Part shown: positions 9,573 through 19,945 of the stretch, piece by piece
Numbering within the stretch: position 1 is the stretch's first letter
Layout of the letters: each line of letters starts with the position of its first letter
Made by a program: the position numbers and the translations under genes
Notes under the pieces: model-generated
What the model was told of the DNA's origin: nothing
Seen by the model: the letters and a program-made list of their open reading frames with translations, nothing else
Database searches by the model: none
Assembly: GCF_905200055.1 (NCBI RefSeq)
Contig: NZ_CAJKIS010000005.1
Coordinates: forward strand, 12,192 to 76,191
Source of the DNA: an uncultured Fusobacterium sp.
Lineage (GTDB): Bacteria > Fusobacteriota > Fusobacteriia > Fusobacteriales > Fusobacteriaceae
Direction: 5' to 3'
Length of the DNA stretch: 64,000 bases

Positions 9573-11045
9573 TTAATCCTCCTTAATATACTCGTCTAGT
9601 ATTATTTCAGTAAATCTTTTGTCAATACCTATAAGCTTTGCTATGTTTAAAGCGTCTTTTGGAACCTCTTCTTTTCCTGCTTTTTCAAGTCTAAAATCCA
9701 TATATTCTTGGATAAGCCCCATAGAGTTACTGCTTAATTCTATCTTAGTTTTTAGTTTGTTAAAATCCACATTTTTTAATCCTACTACTTGGTAATGATT
9801 CATTCCCTCTCTTACAATTCCATCAAAATGGGTTGTCATAAGGGAAATAGTAGGTCTGTCATTTAAATATTTAGCTAAAGCTTCTACAAATTTTTGCCCC
9901 TCTTTAGGATTAGTTCCTCTTGCAAATTCATCAAAGACTACAAATCCAATTCCTAAATCAAGAAATACATTTACTTCTTTTAGCTTCATTATTTCTGCAC
10001 CAAAAGTACTTAAACCTTTTGAAATATCCTGCATATCATCTGATATAAAGAATACAAAATCTATTAGTGGGAATTTCGCTTCCTCTGCTATTACAAAAAA
10101 TCCCATATGGAAAAGAAGAAGGTTTTCAGTTATAGTCTTTAATGCAACACTTTTTCCTCCCATATTTGCTCCAGTTATTATTGTAACTCCTGAACCTATA
10201 CTTATATCTATTGGAGTAAAAGGTCTGCTTTTAGCTTCTAGTACTTCTCTTACTTCTATGTTAACTAAACCTTTAACATCAATCTCATAATTTTTTGATA
10301 TTTCAGGTCTAATTCCACCATAAGTTTTTGCAAATCTGACTTTCGCCATTAAAAAATCTAGATTCCCAATTTTTTCTATATTCTCTAAAAAATCTTCTGC
10401 TTCATCATATAAAATTGATGTTAGCTTCTTTTTGATCTCTAATTCTACTCTCTCTTCTTCTACTAGAACTTTTAAACGTTCCTCTTTCAATCTAGTTATC
10501 TCATCGAAATCATTTGAAGCATAAATCTCTTTTTCTATGCCTTTTTTCTTTTCTCTAATCTCTCTTAATTCTGGTGAATAACTTTCATATATATAGAAAG
10601 TTGGTGTTCTATCGTTATCTGGATCTAAAGCTTTTATTACTCTACTTACATCTTTTAATAAGAAATCATGTAACTCACTTGGAAACTCTTTTAAATACTC
10701 GTTCATTTCCTCCATAAGAAGAGCTTGTGCTTTTATTTCAAAAAGATCCACTTCATCTAGAATATGTTCTTTTAAACAGTTATTTATTGCTGTTTTTATA
10801 TCTTTTAATCTATGAATTATTCCTTCGACATTTCTAACAATGTCTCTATTATTTGAAGAGAATTCCATAAAAGTTTCCATTTTATTAAATTCTTCCTCAA
10901 GAAGATCCTCCTCTCCTCTTAGGTAATTTTTCAATCCTTTTAATTTACTTTTACCATAAGGAGAGAGAGTTTCTACTCTTGACAAGAGTTTCTTAAATCC
11001 TAATCTTTCTAAACTTTTATCATCTATAAATCTCATTACGCTCAC
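9573..11045 (-). CDS. MutS-domain-V-like ATPase, conserved partner of kamDE (function unknown, possible reactivase component)
   Basis: 490 aa with a MutS-like Walker A region (TGANMGGKSVALKTI). Embedded in the kam operon. Confidence 0.55.
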   Translation of the reverse strand: MSVMRFIDDKSLERLGFKKLLSRVETLSPYGKSKLKGLKNYLRGEEDLLEEEFNKMETFMEFSSNNRDIVRNVEGIIHRLKDIKTAINNCLKEHILDEVDLFEIKAQALLMEEMNEYLKEFPSELHDFLLKDVSRVIKALDPDNDRTPTFYIYESYSPELREIREKKKGIEKEIYASNDFDEITRLKEERLKVLVEEERVELEIKKKLTSILYDEAEDFLENIEKIGNLDFLMAKVRFAKTYGGIRPEISKNYEIDVKGLVNIEVREVLEAKSRPFTPIDISIGSGVTIITGANMGGKSVALKTITENLLLFHMGFFVIAEEAKFPLIDFVFFISDDMQDISKGLSTFGAEIMKLKEVNVFLDLGIGFVVFDEFARGTNPKEGQKFVEALAKYLNDRPTISLMTTHFDGIVREGMNHYQVVGLKNVDFNKLKTKIELSSNSMGLIQEYMDFRLEKAGKEEVPKDALNIAKLIGIDKRFTEIILDEYIKED

Positions 11046-12060
11046 CTACTACATCAATGACTTTCATTTTTAATTTATTTTGTAAAAGTTCTTTGAACTT
11101 TTCCTTTGGAAATTCATACCCAAGAGGAGAGCGAGGATTACATGTTACAAAAAGAAGATTTATATTATTCATAACTCTCAGCTCTACATTACTTGCCTCT
11201 AGTTTTCTTAAAGTTAAGAAATCTGCAAAAACCCTTGTTCCATCTTTTGCTATCAATGTTAGTTTTTTAAAATTACCTCTATTTTTTATCAAAACTTCTA
11301 AAAATTTTTTAGTAATAGCTCCCCTAACAGCTATTACCTGTATTTTATCGTTAAGATAACTTTTAATCTCTTCATTTGACTCTAAAGGTCCTATTCCTTC
11401 TAAAGTCTTTACTTCTCCATCATTATATACAATTCCAACTCTAGATTCTTCGAAAATTTTGTCAATTTTTTCTTTTAATACAGGATCTTCTATTTCTGGC
11501 AGATTTAATAAAGAAACTGTATTTGCTGTTTCATCTATTACTTTTCCCATATCTAAAGATAGAGCTGCTCCTGTAGAAAGAATAGTAGCATCTGTAACAT
11601 CGCTCATAGCACTTCCTTTTCTACTTAAAGCTCCATCAACTATTGAAAGTTCACTTCCAAAATGTTCCATTATATCTAGAATTACTTTTATCTGAGCATT
11701 ATATGATGGCCCTGCTATATCAACATATCCTGCTGAAATAGCTCTCAATATAATGATATCCCCCATAGGGGTTGAGAAATCTGTAGTGTACAAAATCTCT
11801 TTTGTAACATCACAGTTTCTCAAACAATCTCTTGCAGTAGCTATTATAGTACCCTGATTGACATATATTCTAGGTTTATGTGTATTAGTTACTACGTCTG
11901 TATCCTCTCCATCTCTTCCAATTGAAGTTAAGCCTATTGTCTTTTGCAATCCAATATCCTCTATCAATTTATTTAAGACAGTAGTTTTACCTACGTTCTT
12001 TTCCATACCTATTATTGACAATCTTTTATAATCTTTTAGTAGACTATAAGTATTTACCAT
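11020..12060 (-). CDS. P-loop NTPase of unknown function in the lysine-fermentation operon
   Basis: 346 aa with Walker A GMEKNVGKTT. Overlaps the downstream MutS-like gene by 26 nt. Confidence 0.5.
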   Translation of the reverse strand: MVNTYSLLKDYKRLSIIGMEKNVGKTTVLNKLIEDIGLQKTIGLTSIGRDGEDTDVVTNTHKPRIYVNQGTIIATARDCLRNCDVTKEILYTTDFSTPMGDIIILRAISAGYVDIAGPSYNAQIKVILDIMEHFGSELSIVDGALSRKGSAMSDVTDATILSTGAALSLDMGKVIDETANTVSLLNLPEIEDPVLKEKIDKIFEESRVGIVYNDGEVKTLEGIGPLESNEEIKSYLNDKIQVIAVRGAITKKFLEVLIKNRGNFKKLTLIAKDGTRVFADFLTLRKLEASNVELRVMNNINLLFVTCNPRSPLGYEFPKEKFKELLQNKLKMKVIDVVGERNEIYR

Positions 12061-12085
12061 ATCGCTACTCCTTGTTTTCTAAAAA

Positions 12086-13333
12086 TTATTTTTCATTTCT
12101 TTTATGTCTTTCAAGTTCTTTTGGTTCAATTGCCATAGCTCCACCACTTAGAAGTTTTGAAACTCCTGTATTCATTTTGTGAGCTTTACAATCTTCACAA
12201 TGACAATCTTGATGATATTCTTCTGGTTCTGTATAAGTAGTGATAACTCCTTCAAAGTTTCTCAATACTACTTTATGAGGAGCTTGAGAAATTACATATT
12301 GAGGCATTACAGGAGTTTTTCCTCCTCCACCAGGTGCGTCTACAACAAATGTAGGTACTGCATATCCAGAAGTATGTCCTCTTAATCCTTCAATAATTTC
12401 GATTCCTTTAGAAACTGGAGTTCTGAAGTGTTCTAATCCCATTGAAAGGTCACATTGATAAATGTAGTAAGGTCTTACTCTCATTTTAACTAGTTCATGA
12501 ACTAATCTCTTCATTACATGTACACAGTCATTGATTCCTCTTAATAGAACTGATTGGTTTCCTAGAGGGATTCCTGCGTTAGCTAGTAATTCACAAGCTC
12601 TCTTAGCTTCTGGAGTTACTTCTTTTGGATGGTTAAAGTGAGTATTTAACCAGATTGGATGATATTTTTTAAGCATTTCTACAAGTTCTGGAGTTATTCT
12701 TTGAGGTAGAACAACTGGAGTTCTTGATCCGATTCTTACTATTTCAACATGAGGGATAGCTCTTAATTTGCTGATGATATATTCTAGAGTTTCATCAGAT
12801 ACTAGTAAAGCGTCTCCTCCTGATAGTAATACGTCTCTTACTTGTGGAGTTTTAGCAATATATTCTATTGCTTTATCAATTCTTTCCATAGGCATTGCAT
12901 TGTCGCTTGCTCCTGCAAATCTTCTACGAGTACAGTGTCTACAGTACATAGAACACATATCAGTTATTAGAAGAAGTACTCTGTCTGGATATCTGTGAGT
13001 TAATCCTGGAACTGGAGAGTCTTCATCTTCATGTAGAGGGTCAAGTAAATCTGCTTCTGATTTATGAACTTCTTTAACTGATGGAATAGCTTGCATTCTT
13101 ACTGGACAGTGAGGATCATCTATGTCCATTAGTGAGAAGTAGTATGGAGTGATTGCCATTCTTAAAGTTTCAAGAGTTTTCTTAACTCCTTCTTCTTCTT
13201 CAGCACTTAAGTTTATATATTTTTTTAAATCATCTAAAGTTTCAATTCTATTTCTTACTTGCCATTTCCAATCGTTCCATTCTGCGTCAGTTACGTTTGG
13301 GAAAAACTTTGCTCTATTGCTTACTGTGTTCAT
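12086..13333 (-). CDS. kamA: Lysine 2,3-aminomutase (radical SAM, PLP)
   Basis: 415 aa with the radical-SAM motif [12 protein letters not shown]. Highly conserved KamA sequence. Confidence 0.9.
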   Translation of the reverse strand: MNTVSNRAKFFPNVTDAEWNDWKWQVRNRIETLDDLKKYINLSAEEEEGVKKTLETLRMAITPYYFSLMDIDDPHCPVRMQAIPSVKEVHKSEADLLDPLHEDEDSPVPGLTHRYPDRVLLLITDMCSMYCRHCTRRRFAGASDNAMPMERIDKAIEYIAKTPQVRDVLLSGGDALLVSDETLEYIISKLRAIPHVEIVRIGSRTPVVLPQRITPELVEMLKKYHPIWLNTHFNHPKEVTPEAKRACELLANAGIPLGNQSVLLRGINDCVHVMKRLVHELVKMRVRPYYIYQCDLSMGLEHFRTPVSKGIEIIEGLRGHTSGYAVPTFVVDAPGGGGKTPVMPQYVISQAPHKVVLRNFEGVITTYTEPEEYHQDCHCEDCKAHKMNTGVSKLLSGGAMAIEPKELERHKRNEK

Positions 13334-13396
13334 TTTATCATCTCCTCTTATTTATGGTGCTCTCGTTTTAATTTCATAATTTCAATTTATTTTTAA

Positions 13397-14434
13397 TTAA
13401 ACATATAATTCGTTAAAGATTTCTCTTAAAACAGCACTTTCTCTTAATTCTTCAAGAGTAATTGCAGCGTGATCTTTAGTATATCCGTTTCCTACGATCA
13501 TAGTAACGTCTTTTCCTACTCCTTCAGCTCCTAGAGCAGCTTTTGTAAATCCAGTAGCCATTGAGAAGAAGTATACAATTCCTAGATCTTTAACTGGAAG
13601 GATTGTTGACATTTCTGTATTTGCTACGTTTACACAGTTGATAGCTACATCTACTTCTTGTCCATCGTTAGCTTCTAGTATTGCATTTAATACTTCGATA
13701 GGTTTAGTTGCGTCAGCTATAACAACTCTTACTTTGTCGCTTACTCTTCTTAATAAAGCAGCTTCTTTTTCATTTCTTACAAGTCCAATTACTTTTCCTG
13801 TAGGTCCTACTCTCTTAACTGCTTCATAAGCACATAGCATTCCTGATTTTCCTGCTGATCCTAAAATTGCTACTGATTGACAAGGTCTTACTAATTTAGC
13901 AACTTGTGCTGGAGCTCCTGCTACGTCTAGAGCTGCTAGAGCTAGAGTTTCTGGCATATCTTCTGGTAATACTGCATAGATTCCACTTTCAAATAAGATA
14001 GCTTTTCCTTTAATTTCAACTCTATCTATTTCAGGTTTAACATCTATAATTTCATCTATTCTTAATGGAGTTAATGATAAAGAAACTAGAGTAGCTATTT
14101 TATCTCCAACTTTTAAGTTAGTTTTTCCTACTAAATCGTCTCCAATTTTTTCAATAGTTCCAATTAGCATTCCACCTGATCCAGTAACAGGGTTTTGCAT
14201 TTTTCCTCTTTCTCCAACTATTTCTTTGATTTTAGCTTTGATTTTTTCTACATCGTGTCCTGCTTCTTCTTCGATTTGAGTGAATGATGCAGAGTCAACG
14301 TTTAGTGCAATTACATCTATTAAAATTTCATTTGAATAAATTTCCATGTTATTATCTATTTTTAAAGCTGGTTGAGGTAAAACTCCTTTTGGTTCTATTA
14401 CTCTGTGAGTTCCGTATTTACATCCTTTTATCAT
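13397..14434 (-). CDS. kdd: L-erythro-3,5-diaminohexanoate dehydrogenase
   Basis: 345 aa, Rossmann fold (ILGSAGKSG). Located between kamA and kce. Confidence 0.8.
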   Translation of the reverse strand: MIKGCKYGTHRVIEPKGVLPQPALKIDNNMEIYSNEILIDVIALNVDSASFTQIEEEAGHDVEKIKAKIKEIVGERGKMQNPVTGSGGMLIGTIEKIGDDLVGKTNLKVGDKIATLVSLSLTPLRIDEIIDVKPEIDRVEIKGKAILFESGIYAVLPEDMPETLALAALDVAGAPAQVAKLVRPCQSVAILGSAGKSGMLCAYEAVKRVGPTGKVIGLVRNEKEAALLRRVSDKVRVVIADATKPIEVLNAILEANDGQEVDVAINCVNVANTEMSTILPVKDLGIVYFFSMATGFTKAALGAEGVGKDVTMIVGNGYTKDHAAITLEELRESAVLREIFNELYV

Positions 14435-14564
14435 TTGATTCTCCTCCTTAATTTAAATTAATTTTAAAGAATTTTTACAATATTTCAATTGACAGGTTGT
14501 TATATTGTTTCTATTCTGATTAAAATTTAATTTTCTTCATTAATATATATGTTTAAGTTTTAAA

Positions 14565-15377
14565 TTAAGCTAATCCTAATATTTTTCTTGCTTCTGCTGG
14601 AGTAGCAATTTCTCTTCCAAGTTCTTTAGCAAGTCTTACAACTTTTTCTACTAACTCTCCATTTGATTTAGCAAGAACACCTTTTTCTATATAAACGTTA
14701 TCTTCAAATCCTACTCTTACATGTCCTCCCATAGTAATTGCTAAAGCTGCCATTGGGAATTCATGTCTTCCTATTCCTGCAACTGTCCAAGTTGAACCTG
14801 CTGGAATGCTTTCACTGATGAAAACAAGATCTCTTGCACTTGCAGTCATTTGTACACCTAGTACAAAGTCAAAGTGCATTGGATATTTGATATATCCTTG
14901 TTTAGCATATTTTATTGCATAATCTACCATTCCTTTGTCAAATACTTCAATTTCAGGTTTTACTCCTCTTTCTATCATTATTTTTCCAAAGTTTTTAATA
15001 GTATTTTCTGTATTTGTGAATACTTCATCTCCTCCAAAGTTACAAGTTCCACAGTCTAGAGTTGCCATTTCTGGTCCTAATTCTGTAGGTTGTAATCTTT
15101 CAAGGTCAGTCATTCCAACTGCTCCTCCAGTAGATGGTTGAATTATTGCATCAGGACATTTTTCTTTGATAGCATCTATACAAGCTTTAAATCTTTCTTT
15201 AGATTGTGTAGGAGTTCCATCGTCTTCTCTTACATGAAGGTGAATTATTGATGCTCCTGCTTTATAAGCTGATTCAGCTTCTCTTACTATCTCTTCAACA
15301 GTATAAGGTACTGCTGGGTTTTGTTCTTTAGTTACCTCAGCTCCACAAATAGCTGCTGTAATTATTAATTTTTCCAT
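14565..15377 (-). CDS. kce: 3-keto-5-aminohexanoate cleavage enzyme (BKACE/DUF849 family)
   Basis: 270 aa with a BKACE-like N-terminus (MEKLIITAAICGAEVTKEQNPAVPYTVEEI). Confidence 0.85.
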   Translation of the reverse strand: MEKLIITAAICGAEVTKEQNPAVPYTVEEIVREAESAYKAGASIIHLHVREDDGTPTQSKERFKACIDAIKEKCPDAIIQPSTGGAVGMTDLERLQPTELGPEMATLDCGTCNFGGDEVFTNTENTIKNFGKIMIERGVKPEIEVFDKGMVDYAIKYAKQGYIKYPMHFDFVLGVQMTASARDLVFISESIPAGSTWTVAGIGRHEFPMAALAITMGGHVRVGFEDNVYIEKGVLAKSNGELVEKVVRLAKELGREIATPAEARKILGLA

Positions 15378-15419
15378 TTCTTTCTCCTTTCACAATATTT
15401 CTAATTTTTCACTTTTTTA

Positions 15420-15803
15420 TTATTTTTTTCTTTGTTTATCTTTAGGAGTTACACAAGTTCCACTTGCTCTACATACAACTATTGGTTCAGCTAGTACATC
15501 AGCTGCTGAGTCATTAATATCTGGTCTAGGAACAATTACTTTTCTTGCCTCAAAAACCATTTTTCTTGAGCTGTTTCCAGTGCTTACGATTTCTCCAACT
15601 GCTTCAATGAAGTCTCCAGCAAAAACTGGTGCCATAAATTCTACATTGTCATAAGCTTTGAATAATCCTTCGTCTCCATCCATTTGAATTAGAAGCTCTG
15701 TAGCAACGTCTCCAAATAATTGAAGCATTCTTGCACCATCAACAAGATTTCCTCCATAATGTGCATCATGTGAACTCATTCTCATTCTGATCATTGATTT
15801 CAT
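15420..15803 (-). CDS. kal: 3-aminobutyryl-CoA ammonia-lyase (hot-dog fold)
   Basis: 127 aa. First gene of the kam/kce operon. RBS AGGAGG lies upstream. Confidence 0.75.
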   Translation of the reverse strand: MKSMIRMRMSSHDAHYGGNLVDGARMLQLFGDVATELLIQMDGDEGLFKAYDNVEFMAPVFAGDFIEAVGEIVSTGNSSRKMVFEARKVIVPRPDINDSAADVLAEPIVVCRASGTCVTPKDKQRKK

Positions 15804-16299
15804 ATTAATTTCCTCCTATCACTAACTTTAATTTTCAAAAAAACAAAAAGATGCATGTATTAAATAGACATAGTTAAACTGTAAGCATGACTTATTTCTA
15901 AAAACTTCAAGTCAAAATAGCTCTCCACAATTATATTGTGACAGTTGTTACATTTTTATGTAACCCCCAAAGAAAAAGATCCACAAGCCCTCTTTTTCTT
16001 TTCGGCAACTATGTCCTTCGTATGAAGCATTGAGCGCTTTTTCTCTTAGCATCTCCATACTACCCCCATAAATGCACCTCTATTTTTATAATCAATAGTA
16101 ATATTTAGTTGTCTCTTGCGCTATGCCATTCTTTTTTATAAAGAAAAACATTTATATAATATATATAAACTTTTTCTAAAAAAGTAACACATTTCTTTCA
16201 ATATAAGTATACTTTGACTTCTTTTAAAAGTCAATAGAAATTTTTATTTTTTTTTATTTTTCTATTTTTTATAAAATCAAACTCTTATTTTAAAGGAAT

Positions 16300-16328
16300 T
16301 TGCGACTTCTTATAGTATATTTTATAAT
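16300..16328 (+). promoter_or_regulatory. Sigma70-like promoter for the cNMP-binding gene (TTGCGA-17-TATAAT)
   Basis: TTGCGA at 16300-16305, a 17-nt spacer, then TATAAT at 16323-16328. A GGAGG RBS precedes the ATG at 16375. Confidence 0.5.
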
Positions 16329-16374
16329 CATAAAGATTTTTATTAAAACATCTATTTTAAAAAAAGGAGGAAAA

Positions 16375-16872
16375 ATGAATAACAGTTCCAATTTAATTTC
16401 TGTTTTAAAAATTATAACACAAACACCTTTATTCAGTGCTCTTTCAATTAACGAATCTGAAGAACTTTTGTCATATTTAGAAATTAACGAATATAAAAAA
16501 GGAGATTTTATTTTTCTACAAAATGGTTCACCAAATAGTATCTATTTAATTTTAAATGGGACTGTTGATCTTATTCGAGAAAAAGAAAAAAGTCAATTTA
16601 AAATAAATAGTTTTTCTAAAGGAGATTGTTTTGGAGAAACAGATCTTCTTGGAATATTACCCTATATGGCATCTGCTATAGTCACTGAAGATAGCACAAT
16701 TTTAAAACTATCAAAAACTTCTTTTCATAAATTATCTAAGAATAATTTAACTCTCTTTAATAAGTTTCTTTTTAATATGACTAGAGAAGTTTGTAGACGA
16801 TTACATAACACAGACCTGCTTTTAACTGATGTTCTTAATGAAAATAATAACTTAAAAAAATCATTGAAATAA
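16375..16872 (+). CDS. Cyclic-nucleotide-binding domain protein (Crp-like effector domain, no HTH)
   Basis: Start trimmed to MNNSSNL, which has a GGAGG RBS. cNMP-binding motifs FGETDLLG. Only ~165 aa, too short for a Crp/Fnr DNA-binding domain. Confidence 0.7.
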   Translation: MNNSSNLISVLKIITQTPLFSALSINESEELLSYLEINEYKKGDFIFLQNGSPNSIYLILNGTVDLIREKEKSQFKINSFSKGDCFGETDLLGILPYMASAIVTEDSTILKLSKTSFHKLSKNNLTLFNKFLFNMTREVCRRLHNTDLLLTDVLNENNNLKKSLK

Positions 16873-16934
16873 AAAAAAATAAAGGTTATACTTTAATTAT
16901 AAATGTTATCTAAATATAAGTTGGAGGTTAATTT

Positions 16935-17276
16935 ATGAAAAAATATGTATGTGAAGTTTGTGGATATGTTTATGATCCTGCTATTGGTGATGTAGATCAC
17001 AATATTCCTGCTGGTACTGATTTTAATGATTTGCCTGATTCTTGGACTTGCCCTCCTTGTGGTGCTGATAAACATGCTTTTAGTGAATTAAAAACACATG
17101 AAACTACATTAGATGAAAAGTTTATTTGTGAAGTTTGTGGATATGTTTACGACCCTGCTATCGGTGATGTTGAACATGGTGTTCCTGTTGGTACTGCTTT
17201 TAATGACTTACCTGATTCTTGGACTTGCCCTCCTTGTGGTGCTGATAGACACGCTTTCAAAAAATTTGAATATTAA
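16935..17276 (+). CDS. Tandem (double) rubredoxin
   Basis: 113 aa with two repeats of [14 protein letters not shown]...WTCPPCGA, i.e. four CxxC pairs and two Fe sites. Confidence 0.9.
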   Translation: MKKYVCEVCGYVYDPAIGDVDHNIPAGTDFNDLPDSWTCPPCGADKHAFSELKTHETTLDEKFICEVCGYVYDPAIGDVEHGVPVGTAFNDLPDSWTCPPCGADRHAFKKFEY

Positions 17277-17280
17277 TATT

Positions 17281-17320
17281 TTTACAAGACTGAAAGTTTA
17301 TAGCCTTTCAGTCTTTTTTA
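17281..17320 (+). terminator. Rho-independent terminator after the rubredoxin gene
   Basis: Hairpin GACTGAAAGGCTATAAACTTTCAGTC followed by a T-rich tract. Confidence 0.6.
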
Positions 17321-17458
17321 TTTGTTAGTGTAATAATTTTTTAAATAAGCACAAAAAACTCTCTTATTATTAATAAGTTTAACATCAATAACTTAATCAA
17401 TAATTAAGAGAGTTCTTTATTCAATTTTAAATTATAGGATATAAATTTTTATATAAAA

Positions 17459-17749
17459 TTATTTTTCTTCTCTTGTAGTTGTTGGAAGAATTCCTTCTAC
17501 TTCTGAATGAGGTCTAGGAATTACATGTACAGATATTAATTCTCCAACACGTTGAGCTGCTGCTGCTCCTGCATCTGTAGCTGCTTTAACTGCTCCAACG
17601 TCTCCTCTAACCATTACTGTAACTAGTCCTCCACCAATGTATTCTTTTCCTACTAGATATACGTTAGCTGCCTTTACCATAGCGTCTGCTGCCTCAATTG
17701 ATCCTATTAATCCTTTTGTTTCAATCATACCTAATGCATCATATTTCAT
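17459..17749 (-). CDS. BMC shell protein, BMC-H (PduA/EutM-like)
   Basis: 96 aa. [30 protein letters not shown] is the canonical BMC domain. Confidence 0.9.
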   Translation of the reverse strand: MKYDALGMIETKGLIGSIEAADAMVKAANVYLVGKEYIGGGLVTVMVRGDVGAVKAATDAGAAAAQRVGELISVHVIPRPHSEVEGILPTTTREEK

Positions 17750-17794
17750 AATTTTATCCTCCTGTTTTTTACTTTTATTTTTTATTTATAATTT

Positions 17795-18439
17795 TTATTT
17801 TTCTTCTAAAATTGTAATTCTACTTTTTGAATTTAAACCAAAAGCATTTGCTTCTTCAACATCTAAATGACACTCTAAAGCTGAGGCAGTTGTTACTCTT
17901 ACTATTGTATTTTCTAAAACTCCTCCTCTTTCTCCAGTAACTTTTATTGCTACTTTGTCTCCATCTTTTACATTAAACTTTGTTGCATCTTCTGGAGTCA
18001 TGTGAATATGTCTTTGAGAAACTATAACACCTTCATGTAAATATATACTTCCTTTAGGTCCTACAACAGTTATTCCTGGAGTCCCTGTTATATCTCCTGA
18101 AAGTCTTACTACTGATTTTATTCCTAATTTTATACAGTCTCCTGCTGATACTTCTACTTGAGTATATTTTCTTTCTGGTCCTAAAACTCTTACTTTTTCT
18201 ATACAACCTTTAGGTCCACAAATAGTAACTGTTTCTTTACAAGCAAATTGTCCTACTTGTGATAAATCTTTTATTTTCTCAAAAGAATAATCTTTTCCAA
18301 ATAAAACTTCAACATGTTCTTTTGACAAATGTATATGTCTGTTTGAAATTCCAACAGGAATTGTTTTATCTTGTTTCTTTCTTTCTTCTATCAATCTAAA
18401 AATCTCTTCTAATAACTTTTCTAAATTTGGTGTTTCCAT
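17795..18439 (-). CDS. pduL: Phosphate acyltransferase PduL-like (two PduL repeats)
   Basis: 214 aa. Two repeats with NRHIHLS and SQRHIHMT metal-binding His motifs. Confidence 0.8.
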   Translation of the reverse strand: METPNLEKLLEEIFRLIEERKKQDKTIPVGISNRHIHLSKEHVEVLFGKDYSFEKIKDLSQVGQFACKETVTICGPKGCIEKVRVLGPERKYTQVEVSAGDCIKLGIKSVVRLSGDITGTPGITVVGPKGSIYLHEGVIVSQRHIHMTPEDATKFNVKDGDKVAIKVTGERGGVLENTIVRVTTASALECHLDVEEANAFGLNSKSRITILEEK

Positions 18440-18442
18440 TTC

Positions 18443-19945
18443 TTACCCCTTCATTGAAGCAACTATTTGATCTATTAGTCCTAATAACTCTTCTTTACCT
18501 AAGCTATTAATAGTCTCCTCAATATTTTCAAATCTTTCTTTACATTGATTTTTAACTTCAACGTTATGACTCATACTATTATTTAGTTTTAATTCATTAC
18601 TTTCAATTAAACCATAAGCCACTCTTTTTAAGTTTAAAAGGTGAAGTGGAGTTACGTTTTCTGAAACAGAACTTCCTCCCCATGTTCCACAACCTAATGT
18701 AAATGCTGGCATCAATCCTGTAGTTGCTCCTGTTCCTCCTTGAGAACCTCCTGCATTTACTAGAATTCTTGATGCTGGTTTTTTAGCAAATTTTCTAACT
18801 ACATTTTTATCCTCTGTATGAATACTCATTGTATGTCCAATTCCATTTTGAAGTAGTTCTATACTTAGTTCACATGCTTCGTGCCAATCATTAACTACAT
18901 AGAATCCTAATACAGTTGTAAGCTTTTCATATGATAATGGATATCCAGGTCCTACTCCATTTTGTCTTCCAACTAAAACTTTTGTTCCTTCTGGCACACA
19001 AATTCCAGCTTCTTTTGCAATATATTCAGCTGCTCTTCCTACAAATTTTGCATTCATTGCATGTCCTTGTTTAAATAATAGCTTACATACTTTAGCTGTT
19101 TCATCTTCGCTCATAAAGTATGCTCCTTGCTTTCTTAACTCACTGATTACTTCATTTTCATTACATTTTTCACAAACTATTGATTGTTCTGAAGCACATA
19201 TAGTACCATTATCAAAAGTTTTACTTGCAATAATTCTTTCTACTGCTTTTTGAACATTTGCTGTTCTTTCAATATAAGCTGGAGAGTTTCCTGCACCTAC
19301 TCCTAATGCTGGTTTTCCAGAACTATAAGCAGCTTTTACCATTCCTGGTCCTCCAGTTGCAATTATCATAGCAACTTCTGGAGCTTTCATTAATTCATTT
19401 GTTGCTTCCATAGTACAAATTTCTACACAGTTAATAATATCTTCTGGAGCTCCTGCTGCTATAGCAGCTTCTTTCATTAATCTTGCAGCTTCTCTAGTAC
19501 ATTTTTGAGCTGATGGATGTGGTGAAAATAAAATAGCATTTCTTGATTTTAGAGCTATTATAGATTTATAAATAGCTGTAGATGTTGGATTTGTTGAAGG
19601 TACTATTCCTAAAACAAGTCCCATAGGTTCTGCAACTGTTAATATTTTTTTCTCTTCATCTTCTTCTATAATATCTACTGTTTTCATATCTTTTATAGCT
19701 TCATAAACCATTGTAGATGCCATATGATTTTTAAATTCTTTATCTTGAACCTTTCCAAAACCTGTTTCTTCAACTGCCATTTTTGCTAAATAAAATCTAT
19801 TTTCTTCAGCAACTCTTACCATATTTTTTAAAATACATTCAACTTGTTCTTGAGTATATTCAGCCATTTTTGCTGCTGCAATTTTTCCTCTTCTTGCAAG
19901 GTCTCTTGCTCTTTGAATTGATTCCAAATCCTTATCAAATTCCAT
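18443..19945 (-). CDS. CoA-acylating aldehyde dehydrogenase (EutE/PduP/CutF-like), catalytically competent
   Basis: 500 aa. Catalytic Cys in FDNGTICASEQS and NAD-binding ATGGPGMV. The amphipathic C-terminal helix EELLGLIDQIVASM looks like an encapsulation peptide. Confidence 0.85.
   Translation of the reverse strand: MEFDKDLESIQRARDLARRGKIAAAKMAEYTQEQVECILKNMVRVAEENRFYLAKMAVEETGFGKVQDKEFKNHMASTMVYEAIKDMKTVDIIEEDEEKKILTVAEPMGLVLGIVPSTNPTSTAIYKSIIALKSRNAILFSPHPSAQKCTREAARLMKEAAIAAGAPEDIINCVEICTMEATNELMKAPEVAMIIATGGPGMVKAAYSSGKPALGVGAGNSPAYIERTANVQKAVERIIASKTFDNGTICASEQSIVCEKCNENEVISELRKQGAYFMSEDETAKVCKLLFKQGHAMNAKFVGRAAEYIAKEAGICVPEGTKVLVGRQNGVGPGYPLSYEKLTTVLGFYVVNDWHEACELSIELLQNGIGHTMSIHTEDKNVVRKFAKKPASRILVNAGGSQGGTGATTGLMPAFTLGCGTWGGSSVSENVTPLHLLNLKRVAYGLIESNELKLNNSMSHNVEVKNQCKERFENIEETINSLGKEELLGLIDQIVASMKG

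Noticed and set aside
11057-15141. Multiple 60-100-aa plus-strand ORFs across the kam operon
   Set aside because: All antisense to conserved enzymes, with no RBS.
15804-16374. Possible lysine riboswitch in the kal leader
   Set aside because: No L-box-like conserved core recognisable. A catabolic operon is not an expected lysine-riboswitch target. Reported only as an unclassified structured leader.
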